Origin: Podarcis gaigeae
Taxonomy: Eukaryota
Direction: 5' to 3' (one strand)
DNA: 64,000 bases
Assembly: GCA_964106915.2 (NCBI GenBank)
Contig: OZ066917.1
The notes below the pieces were generated by a model. The model saw only the letters and a program-made list of their open reading frames with translations. It searched no databases and was not told where the DNA came from. The position numbers were made by a program, and so were the translations under genes. Positions 1-10,075 of the stretch are shown piece after piece (position 1 is the first letter of the stretch; each line of letters begins with the position of its first letter).

Positions 1-489
1 CAGGACTTGAACTCTTTTTCTGGGGAGCCTCTGTATTATACACACATTCCTCCTGGCAATTCAGGCCATAGATTGTGCAGTTGTCTACTCCTTGGAGCAT
101 GCTTCTGCACTTTGTTTATACTTGATAAGGCGAGGATGTGGTTGCTGCGTTCTGGTGGGTGCCCTTGCACATGGATAACATGAGGATGTCATCAGTAGTT
201 GGTAGTGGAGTTGCTAAGGTTACTATGGGGGTATTACATAGTAAGGTTACTATGGTCAATGTTGCTACATTAAGCGTTTGTTGCTCAAGTTATTGTTGTG
301 GTGTTGACTCTGCTGCTGGTTTGGCATAGGCTCATGACAATGTTATGTCAATGTTAGTCCTAGTTTAGTGGCTACTCAGCATACTGGGACCATAGGACTG
401 CCCTGCTGGAACAGTAAGTTCCACTAATTTAAACAGAGATTGTTTCCAAGAACTATAACCTTAGGCACTTCAAAACCAGAGTCCTATTG

Positions 490-491
490 GA

Positions 492-535
<44 letters not shown>

Positions 536-537
536 AA
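490..537. repeat. (GAAA)12 microsatellite
   Basis: Direct read of perfect GAAA repeats. Confidence 0.95.
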
Positions 538-706
538 CTTGGCACATTGTTTATGAGTATTTACTCTAGTACATACATGTGCAGTGCCAAATAAAATACC
601 CTGCAATGCATGCCAGCATAGCATCATAGTTTATGATCATATCCTGGTGTTGGAATATTGGATCATATCCAATATTCTCTATCCTGGAATTATATGCAAG
701 TAATAT

Positions 707-1050
707 GCTGGTGGCGCTGTGGTCTAAACCACTGAGCCTAGGACTTGCCGATAGGAAGGTTGGCAGTTCGAATCTCCGCAACAGGGTAAGCTCTCATTGT
801 TCTGTCCCAGCTCTTGCCAACCTAGCAGTTCAAAAGCACGGCAAAAATGCAAGTAGATAAATAGGTGGGATAAATCTGGCAGGAAGGTAAATGGCGTATC
901 CGTGCGTTGCTCTGGTTTCGCCAGAAGCGGCTTAATCATGCTGGCTGCGACAAAAGTTGGCTCCCTCGGCCAGTAAAGTGAGATGAGCGTCGCAACCCCA
1001 GAGTCGTCCACGACTGGACTTAACTGTCAGGGGTCTTTGTCCTTTACCTT
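707..1050 (+). mobile_element. Sauria SINE (tRNA-derived), near full length
   Basis: Pol III A-box GTGGCGCTGTGG and B-box GTTCGAATC, typical core (GCCAACCTAGCAGTTC...GCAAGTAGATAAATAGGT), 3' CCCAGAGTCG...CCTTTACCTT tail; homologous to the copy at 27101-27422. Confidence 0.9.
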
Positions 1051-3822
1051 TTTAAAGACTTACAACCCAGTCTTACATGTATTGCATGTATAGAGGTTGT
1101 AGCTCAAGGAAATGTTGATAACCTTTCTTTCAATGCAAGGGATCATTTCACATTCAAATTTGCACTGGTCCATCATTAGACCTTATGTTACTGGCTCAAG
1201 TAGTTCTGCAGCTTTTACAGAGCTCAGTACAAAAGAACTACATGTAATATTTGCCATGTAGCAGTAGCCTTGTGCAGTTTATTTTTAACAAATAACCCAG
1301 GGTGAAGGCTGAGCTGGATTGGGGCCATGGCATTGTGGTAGGGGAGCTGGCATTAACCCTGACATGATAGGAATCAGCCTCCATCTTTGCTTGCTATTTG
1401 CAATGGGAGGAAAGTTCCTATTGACAATTTTGTTAAACAAAAAGCAGCTACACAAAGCCAAATTATGTGGCACGGATCACATCTAGTTTGGCCCTTAATT
1501 TAGGCTTAAATCTCATTGAAATCAAGCTAGTTGCAATTAACTTTGATCCCATTCATTTCAGGGTTTGCCAGATTGCCAATGCGGGTCATAAATATAATTC
1601 TGGCAACCAGCTAGGAAACTCCGATCATAGGAGTAATTTTTTAAAAAGCTGCCTACAGCATAGCAAGACAGAGACTAAATCTTGAAAAGTGGCACTAGGC
1701 TGTCTCTTATGCTTTCTCTTTTATATTTTATTTAAGGTACTTATTAATTACCAAAGCCTTGTAGTGCTGTAATGTTACTTTCAGGGGGGAGGGGAAGAAT
1801 AAGAACCATGTTCTTATTGTCCATTTCTTGTGCAGATCTAGCAGTCTTGATTAAGTTGTGTTCCTTTTCAAGGCTACAGGGTTAATACATGGATCTTTTT
1901 TAATGCTTGGGGGGGGGGGTGAGGAAAATCTTTGAATTCCCAGTGACTCATATTTGCCCTTTGGCTTCATACTGGAGGTCTGAGTTTTGGTACATTTAAG
2001 CCATGCTAATGGTTTCTCTAGAAGCCTGTTTTGGTGTAATAGTAATAATAATATTATTTGTCAGCAAGTCCCACCAAAATAGTACTAAATACCTTATTTC
2101 TCTGCTGTGTTTTAAGTATTCCAGTTGCTGTAAAACCCCAACCCCAGTTTAAACACCTTAACCTTTCACTGATCAACACAGTAGTCCTACGCCTACTTAC
2201 TTAGGTGTTAGTCTCATTTAACTCAATGTGACTGACCTCTGAGCAAACCGTGTACAGTATTGAGTACTGTAACTATTTATCCACAATACAGATAACTCAG
2301 TTAAACATAGAATCATAAGAGTCATAAAATTGTAGAGTTGAAAGTGACTCAGAGGAACATACATTTATCACTGTATCTAAATTGGGGCAATAATGTCAGT
2401 ATAACAATTCTATCATATGCTTAGAACAATGCTATTCACAATTTCAAAGTTTTATAATTCATAGAGCACATATACAAGATCATCAGTATGATGCTATTTC
2501 AGTCTAAATTAATTCAAAATAATTTCTGCCTTGCTTCATGTTTAGGTTTCTTAAGTTGGCTAGAGTTTTCATTCTGCACACAACAGCAGGTACTAAAATA
2601 GCATTCTTTGGTTCTGTGCTGGTGTGTTTGTTGGTTTTTAAAGCTTTCTAACTACTTTAGTTCTGAAGAGTTTTCAGCAGCAAATAATTCATACTCCATG
2701 ATCTTGTCTATATGTGCCCCTAGTCTGGGTTCCTGCAGATAATATCTTCCAGGACATTTACTTATGAATGTAGCTTTCTTAAGCTTGCATGGCAAATCTT
2801 TCAAAGCACATCCTCTACCCTTGATGAGCCATTCTAGTCTAGCCATGAACCTGCACCCACTTACAGTGATACTATTCTAGGCTGCAGCCTTCCTTCCTGG
2901 CCTTGAGCTACCTAAAGCCTCGCAAACACACGCCTAAGCAAGCAGCTGCACACCATGTATCTGGTCATTTCTTCAGGGTCACATGTATTCATTCACTTCA
3001 TCCCATCCCTATGGGCCTCATGTACCGGGGTTGGCACAAGCTCAGCTGTCAAAATGATGTAGGCAGCAATATGGGGGTTTTCTATACCGCAGCAGCTAAG
3101 CATTCCAGAGAGTTCATCTTCATTCACAGCATGCAGTCTACCAATGAAGCACATCCAGTTCTCCCTTTTATAAAATGAAATGGATCTTGGTTCAATGGGA
3201 ATCCACCTACACTTCCAGTTCCATAGGTGTTGGTTGTGGGGATTAAATGGTGGGTAGAACATTACATTGCCTATGGTAAGAGACATTGGATTCTCCAAGT
3301 AATGAGTATAGCAACCCTAGCTAATGTACAGCACCTGGCAGCTTTGGGAATGGACTTCAAAAGCATTATCAGTTCAAGATCTCTAATGAAGTTGGTTTTT
3401 CTTGGAAATGTTTTGTGTTCACCTGGCAAAAACCCTTCTCTCTCTCCCTCCTGAGTCAGATTGCAAAAAACTAAATAAGCGGAACATGGGTTTAAGCATA
3501 AAGCAAAATATATAAATACTTTTGTATTAGAAATTATCTTCCCTTCCCCCCAATAGAGCCTTAAGTAGCTGCACTACGGAGCAAAGTTTTGTACAGAATT
3601 CTGTGCAGGAGGAATCAGGTACCTGTTGAATTTCCTGCCTTAGGTGAAGAAAAAGGAAAACCACCGTCCCTACAGTGTGCCAATATGCCAGCTGTTCAAC
3701 CATCCAGCCCGTTTCAGAGGGAGGCTCCCCTCCCTGGTGCTGCCCGCGCCCACCTGCCTGCTGGCCGCTGCTGAGGTGGGGCTGGCCAGTCGCCCACCCG
3801 GCGCAGAGGTTGCTGCCCTTAC

Positions 3823-3952
3823 CTGAGAAGTCCGCCAGCGCCGCGATCTCTTTGGTCCAGACCAGGAGCAGGCAGGAGAGGAGACTGAGCGGCAGCCTGA
3901 GCTCTACCTGGCGCCGGCTTGGATGCTGCCCAGCAGCCTCCAGTTCACTCAT
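3823..3952 (-). CDS. EVA1C: EVA1C (protein eva-1 homolog C) coding exon 1; rest of the gene not found in the window and presumably lies to its left
   Basis: ATG at 3952 in CCGCGCCATG context encodes MSELEAAGQHPSRRQVELRLPLSLLSCLLLVWTKEIAALADFS(G), matching human EVA1C ...RRQVE...VCSKEISALTDFSG. Ends at a phase-1 donor CAG|GTAAGG. Lies in a CpG island, divergent from URB1 as in human. Confidence 0.9.
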
Positions 3953-4238
3953 GGCGCGGAGGGAGGCGGGGGGTCCCTGCAGCCCAAGCCGGTCACATGA
4001 CGGCTCCGGCCCCCAGCCGAGAAAGAGAGACAGACAGAGAGAAAGAAAGAGTGTGCGTCCCTGTCCTTCCTTGGAATGGGGACGCCGCCGCCGCTGCCTC
4101 AGCCAGCGAAGGAAAGGGCAAGGCTCCTGACAGGGAAAGGGGGAAAGTCCCCGCGCAGCTTCTTCCCCTGAAGAGGAAGTCCCTCTCAGCGAGCACTGAC
4201 TGGTCCCCGGCTGGAAAAGTGAAGTGCGTGTGAGGCGC

Positions 4239-4241
<3 letters not shown>

Positions 4242-4308
<67 letters not shown>
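4242..4308. repeat. Compound (GT)13(GA)20 microsatellite
   Basis: Direct read. Confidence 0.95.
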
Positions 4309-4312
<4 letters not shown>

Positions 4313-4474
4313 GGGGTGGCAGCGAAAGGGAAGAGCCGCCGCTGGCACTGGCGTCGAAAAGCCAACGCCAGCCAGCCAGCCAGTCGCTGGGTGCCGACCA
4401 CGCAGCACCTCCCAGCCCTCGTCCCGATTAGTATACTGTACATCACCTGCTCCCTCTCAGCCTCATTCCTGTCT

Positions 4475-4478
<4 letters not shown>

Positions 4479-4517
<39 letters not shown>
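4479..4517. repeat. (TC)n microsatellite, inverted relative to the (GA)n at 4268-4307
   Basis: Direct read. Confidence 0.95.
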
Positions 4518-4519
<2 letters not shown>

Positions 4520-5877
4520 TTTACCATTCCCGCCCTTCAACTTCCCTTTCCCCACAAAAGTTTGCAAGATTAGCACGGAAGGCACTTAGCACAGCAGCGA
4601 ATAGATAAAAGGAGAACGCCACAGTCATTCTGAGGACTGCTGCTGCTTTGAAAGCGAGGACCAGGATCTGGTAACTTTCAGGCAGAAGACGCCGCCAATT
4701 AAAGCCTTCTGCGTCAAACGTCTGGGGAGGTGGTGGTTTTTTGCGCACGTGTGAATGTTATTATACTTATTATTTTGTTCTTAACTGGTTTATCTTTATC
4801 AGCCTGGATAGCTCAGTAGGTTACCTTGACGGATTTGTTTAGGAAGGGCCTTCCTAGGAAGGGCTGGACGTAACTCCACTTGGAACTCACTCAGGCTTGT
4901 TTCTGAGAAGACATGTATAGGATTGCATCGTGCACCAGCAAGCAGGTGAAAATGGAACTAGGGCTGCAATCCTTTTCCCATTAAACTTTAGTATGTTATC
5001 TATAAATTGCATCGCAAATGCTGGATAGAAAGCACAGGAGAGTCACGTATTATTTTGCCTCCTAGTATCAATGTACACTCTCAGAACATGGTGCTGCTTT
5101 GTCACTCATGGTGAAATAAAAACATTGGCACAACATTTCACAGTTGTTGGTGTAGAGTTTTTCCCATAGAGTGATGAAGACTGTAGGAAAAAGCCCATAC
5201 TGTGTGAAGCACAAACCATAATTTCTGCTCAAGAAAAAACAACAACCCCTATACTCCCGGCTTAGAAATGAAATTTAAATTCCTATCATGAAAACATTTC
5301 TGTGTAAGAATTAACACACTTCAGGTATGTAGAGTGTAACATGTAATGATCCTGCACCAGTGGCAATGGCCATGATGACGTTGGAGACTGCTGATGCAAG
5401 TGATGCTAAAGATACATTTGCACAGTTTACCAACATTTAATGAAGCATTGCAAGTTTGCACAACTATACTTGATAGTTGTAATTAGTATTGGACAAGTAG
5501 TATAGAATTCTGCAATTCTTCAGCACCTCTCAATATAGCCTCTAAATGCTTTGTGGATTTTATTTGGTAATAGTTGGTGTGTATTTATAATGGTACCAGT
5601 GTAGATTTTTACTTTAGTCCCTTCACGTCTCTCCCACATTGGTCTCTACAGCCACAACTGGTGCTGTAACTCCCCAACGATTTGACTTCACCCCCAAAGC
5701 ACACTCCTCCACAGATGTCAACAGCAACAGCAACCTCTGATGTCCATGCATTGAGTATGAACATCTACACCAGAAAGGCTACACACATAGGCATCTTTGC
5801 TACCAAGAACTCTTAGGGCAGTCTATAAATGTTAATAAAAAAATAATCAGAATACCGGTTTCATATTATGTCTATGT

Positions 5878-6075
5878 TTTATTCTTTATTGCATTTATAT
5901 TCCACCTTTCATCAAGGAGCTCAAGGTGGCATACACAATACTTCCCATTTTATGCTCACAACAACCCTGTGAGGTAGGCTTAGAGACAATGACTAAGTGA
6001 AGTAGTGAGGTCTAGGTAGAGATTCAAACCTGGGTCTCCCAGCTTCTAGTCTACCTTCTATACTACACTGGCTCT
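5878..6075 (-). mobile_element. Degenerate squamate tRNA/CORE-type SINE (Squam3/MIR-like)
   Basis: CTCACAACAACCCTGTGAGGTAGG core, GATTCAAACCTGGGTCTCC B-box complement, A-rich tail on the - strand. Confidence 0.65.
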
Positions 6076-6121
6076 TTCTCAATCCCTTTCTCTCTTCCAA
6101 CTTAAAACTCATGTCATGTTT

Positions 6122-6220
6122 TCATAGAATTGGAAGGGACTTCAGGGGTCATCCAGTCCAACCCTCGGCAATGAAGGAATCTAAACTAAAACATCCTTGA
6201 CAGATGGCTATCCAACCTTT
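6122..6220 (-). mobile_element. CR1 LINE 3' end fragment
   Basis: CATAGAATTGGAAGGGAC...GGTCATCCAGTCCAACCC motif; same family as 63289-63490. Confidence 0.75.
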
Positions 6221-6763
6221 GCAAAGCTCAGTATTAACACAAATGAAATTGATACTGTCTGGTTTTTTCTTTCTAAGGCAACAGTCAGAAAAACAAGAGG
6301 AACCTGAGAATGTAGATTATAGTAGATTATTGATAAATTTACAGCCAGGCTCAACCTGGCTGTAATAGCACTTTAAGTTATAGAGATCTATGGTCTATCA
6401 CTACTTTTTAAAGATTGCTGATATGCCTTCAACTCTCTTAAACATCTCAGTCTCTTCCTTTGCCTGATAAATTTCTGTTTGTCTGAATCCAATTACAGAA
6501 GTTTCTCACCAGTGAGACCATTTTAAAGTACTTCATTCCCTGCACTTTGACACCAAGTAAATCTTCCCCCCAAAAGTTTTAACGACTCAGCTGCCATTTC
6601 TGGCTCTGTTTCTATGGAAATGAATGTCATGGCTAGTTGGAACAAAGCAAGTAGTTTAAAATAATCACTATATGGTGGTTATTTAAAACAAGGCACCCCA
6701 TGTTTGCAGACTCAGTCTCCGTTTCTATGGAAATGGGAATAAACAAAGCATTCCAAGACAACT

Positions 6764-6767
<4 letters not shown>

Positions 6768-6812
<45 letters not shown>
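6768..6812. repeat. (AT)n microsatellite
   Basis: Direct read. Confidence 0.95.
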
Positions 6813-6815
<3 letters not shown>

Positions 6816-8560
6816 CAGAACTATTAACAAAAGTCCCACAAATTCTATTTTTCATATACATTACTGTATAAAATTAAAATTTCAAAAATTGCAGTGATTC
6901 TGTTCTTCGTGCCCTTGCATCTTTCAATGAAGAAAAACAGATTTCCTTTTAGTTAAAGCTTTGAATTAATAATGAGGGATAGGGGATTGTTCATTCTAGT
7001 TCTAAAAGTTAATTAATAGTACAATCCTAGGCATGTCTACTGTAAAGGACTGCGGCCTGGCTCAACTCTAGGGTGGTTTTATTTAACTCAGTATAATTCA
7101 GGGTCCTAAATTAACTGTTTGCAACTGCTGTTACTAGAGCCTAACATTTCCCCTATGGTTTCCAGATGCTTTCTTCATTTTATTGAAGTAGCAATATGAT
7201 ATACATTAGCCTGCTGGCAGGTTTTATTTTGTGTCTGATGTAGCTTCCTACATTTTAATTGTTTTCCCTGCTGTACAAATAATCCTCATTTATTTTATGA
7301 AGACTAGGTTGATGAAAGATTTTCACTATTTCTCCTGGAGGTTATTATTTTATTCACTTTTTCACTGCATTATATGAATATGATCCAACCAAGGTTTTAA
7401 GTCCTACTGAATTCAATGGCAGACCTGTAGGCAAAAATCAATAGAAATAAAAGTGCTTATTGTTAACTGGATTGTACTGTGTTAACATACAGTGATGTTT
7501 TGGAATTGCAGTGTCAAATCTTTTCTCTCTCCCTTTTAAAACACATTAATAAAACACTATTAGAACATGTGTGTGTAACATTTGTGTGCACATTATCCTT
7601 TGCATGATGCTTGTGTAATTTTTATCCAAGACCAGTAACACAATCTATTGCTCTCCTATAAGTAGACTTTATGCAGGATTGCCTTGCTGTTGTGGTGTGG
7701 GACAGGCATGCTGGATTCATATAGCATAGGAATGCACAATCAGCAAGGAAATAAACCTAACTCCAATATAAGTAAACAAAAATACAAAATAAAAAAGTTT
7801 ACAAGATGGCATTGCTTGTGAAGAAGTCCCTCATAACTAACGATGGGGTGAGAAATTGATTAGTTTTAATAACATGTAAAGTGTATGCCCACTGCATTGT
7901 AAACGATACAACTGAATATACATTCTAGCTGGAGTAAGATTTACATTCACTTTGTATATCGACTTGATTGCAGAATCAAATTTAATACACTAATCTCTTA
8001 GACCCTGGATACAAAAAACAGACTAGCAGACCACACCTCTTAAATACTACTTGGAAAAATATAAACACTGCTAGGTTCATAGACATGTTTCACAAGGAAG
8101 TAAATACATGTAAGTAACTATAACCAACAATGGATGAAGAAGGGGAGAAACTTGAAATATGTGGCTCTCATTTACAAGGATTAATTTTACATTCTGCTCT
8201 CTTAGCAGTAAAAAGTTCAAAAGGTGTTTTGAGTATCATGCTTGCATGATAATTTAACCTTTTCAACTGTAATAAATCTCAAGGGAACACTTTAAGCCAA
8301 TAAACAGTTTAGAATTAGTGCGGAAGTGGAAGAGTGCTGCTTAGGGCTGTGCAGTGCAATCCTAAGCATGTCTTAACAGAAACATATCTGAGTTCAATGG
8401 GACTTACTCCATGGCAGCTGTGTTTATGACTGCAACCTTAGTTATTCTGAAACAATTAACATGGAATGTAAGGGTACGTTTTTGTGTAAATGGTGGTGGT
8501 GGTGGGGGACACTTTTGACTATGTATACTCCTGGAGAATAGCGGGGCTGGAAGGGGCCAA

Positions 8561-8855
8561 ACATAAGAGCTCAGCTGGATCAAAACAAAGACCTATCTAG
8601 CCAGCATCTTGTTCCTCACAGCAGCCAACCAGATGCTTATGAGAAGTCCACAACCAGGGTATAAGGGCAATAGCACTCTCCTGCTGCTATTTCTCAGCAA
8701 CTGGTATTCAGAGACATACTGCCTCCAACTCTGAAAGAAGTATATAACTTTCATGCCTAGCAGTCATTGATAGCCTTATCTTTCACAAATCTGCCAGCCT
8801 TCTTTTAAAGATGTCCTAACTGGTGGCCATCACATCTTCTGCTAGCAAATTCATT
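8561..8855 (-). mobile_element. CR1-type LINE 3' fragment
   Basis: ACATAAGAG...CTGGATCA...ATCTAGCCAGCATC...CAGCAACTGGTATTCAGAG, a signature of squamate CR1-like 3' ends; related pieces at about 21540-21640 and 45850-46020. Confidence 0.6.
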
Positions 8856-9599
8856 GCACTCTGCCAGGGTTGGGGAGCCTTTGGCTGTCCAGATGATGGT
8901 GAACTTCAACTCCCATTAGCCCCAGTAAGCATGGCCAATGGCCAGGGATGATGTGAGTTGTAGTTTAGCAACCTTCACTTTCTTTTTCACATTTCCGCTA
9001 GCATGGAAATTTTTTATTTTATCAGACATAATGCAGCAAGATATAACAAAATAACAAAATACTACCAGTGATGTAATACTAAATGCAGAACCATGTGCCC
9101 AGACAACAAGGAAAACAAATGTGGGCAGGAGAGAGCACACATAAGGGTAAAGAAAACCCATTTGCCACCTCACTCCGCTAACAGCAGCATTTATATGTGG
9201 CAGTCTAATGCTTCTAGAAACATATAAAGCTCCACTTTGGAGAGTTTAGGCAAACATTTGAGAAACCATGATAAACGAAAAGCACACAGCAGCAGGAGGT
9301 GAGCCTAAGTTACCACTGTGTTCTTAAAATATAAACAACTACGGTTGCCAGGCAGAGAAAAAACAGGCACCGGTGCAGGAAAGCGTATCACTGAAGACCA
9401 GAGTTGAATTCAAACGAATTCAAAAGTAGCAGAAAGGGCATAAGCCATTCACGCTGACACCACTAGCCTCCAAGAAGTCCCCGCTATGAATCTCTTTCGA
9501 TCGTAACAGCGGATAAGCTACGGAAGGAGAAACACTTGTCAGAGAAAAAACAAAAACAAACCAATGCTATTCTAACTTAGTGTGCAGAATGGATTTTTT

Positions 9600-10075
9600 T
9601 GGGCATCCTAATTTAAGATTTCTAGGTTCGGTGGGCCACCTAGAGCGTGCGCGCCCTCGTGCACCGCTCACTTCATATGGCAGCAACCAGCGGAAAAGCC
9701 TCTGTGGCACGACAGGGGAGCCTGTTGCGATTCTCCCGAGGCAGATCCATTGCACCCGCCACCCCTTGCAGCCGCTGGAGTCCGAAGACGTCGGGCGGGG
9801 ACGACACAAGTAGAAGGACAAAGGAGGGAACTGGGATGGCGGCGGCATCTGAAGAAGCAGAAGGGGCCGCTGTCGGCTTCGGCCTCTTGGTCCTTGGACT
9901 GCGAAGGACTCCTTTCAGCGGCTTCCTCTGAAGTTCCCTAAGCGGCCTAAAGCGGAACCTTCATCTCGCTTGCCCGTTTCCCGGGGAAAGAACAGCGGCC
10001 GGACCGCTTCCGGCTGCCGCGGAGAGCCGCGAGGCAAAGCCGGGCTTCCATATCTGGTCGCAGTTGCTCCTAGTC
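9600..10075 (+). promoter_or_regulatory. URB1 CpG-island promoter (likely bidirectional)
   Basis: CpG-rich; ETS/GABP-type CTTCCGG at 10007-10013; YY1-like ATGGCGGCGG at 9836; near-palindrome TTTCCCGGGGAAA at 9977-9989. Confidence 0.75.

Larger units (their letters stand above)
3700..4760 (-). promoter_or_regulatory. EVA1C CpG-island promoter/5' UTR with a canonical NF-kB site (GGGACTTTCC on - strand, 4142-4151)
   Basis: CpG-rich stretch around the first exon; exact kB decamer; compound (GT)n(GA)n and (TC)n repeats. Confidence 0.7.

Noticed and set aside
4139-4153. GGGGAAAGTCCCCG resembles the RNase MRP RNA P4 5' strand
   Set aside because: No partner P4 3' strand or other MRP elements; better explained as an NF-kB site.
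3527-4408. 293-aa ORF on the - strand and overlapping ORFs around 3600-4600
   Set aside because: Only 3823-3952 is EVA1C coding sequence; the rest is stop-free because of GC richness and dinucleotide repeats.
9688-9702. GCGGAAAAGCCTC resembles part of the telomerase RNA pseudoknot region
   Set aside because: No CTAACCCT template, CR4/5 or H/ACA domain nearby.
9567-9848. 93-aa ORF divergent from URB1
   Set aside because: No recognisable homology; typical of chance CpG-island ORFs.
9918-9942. Loose similarity to a 28S rRNA segment upstream of a - strand CUGA (possible C/D guide)
   Set aside because: Pairing needs gaps and mismatches, and there is no convincing C box or terminal stem.
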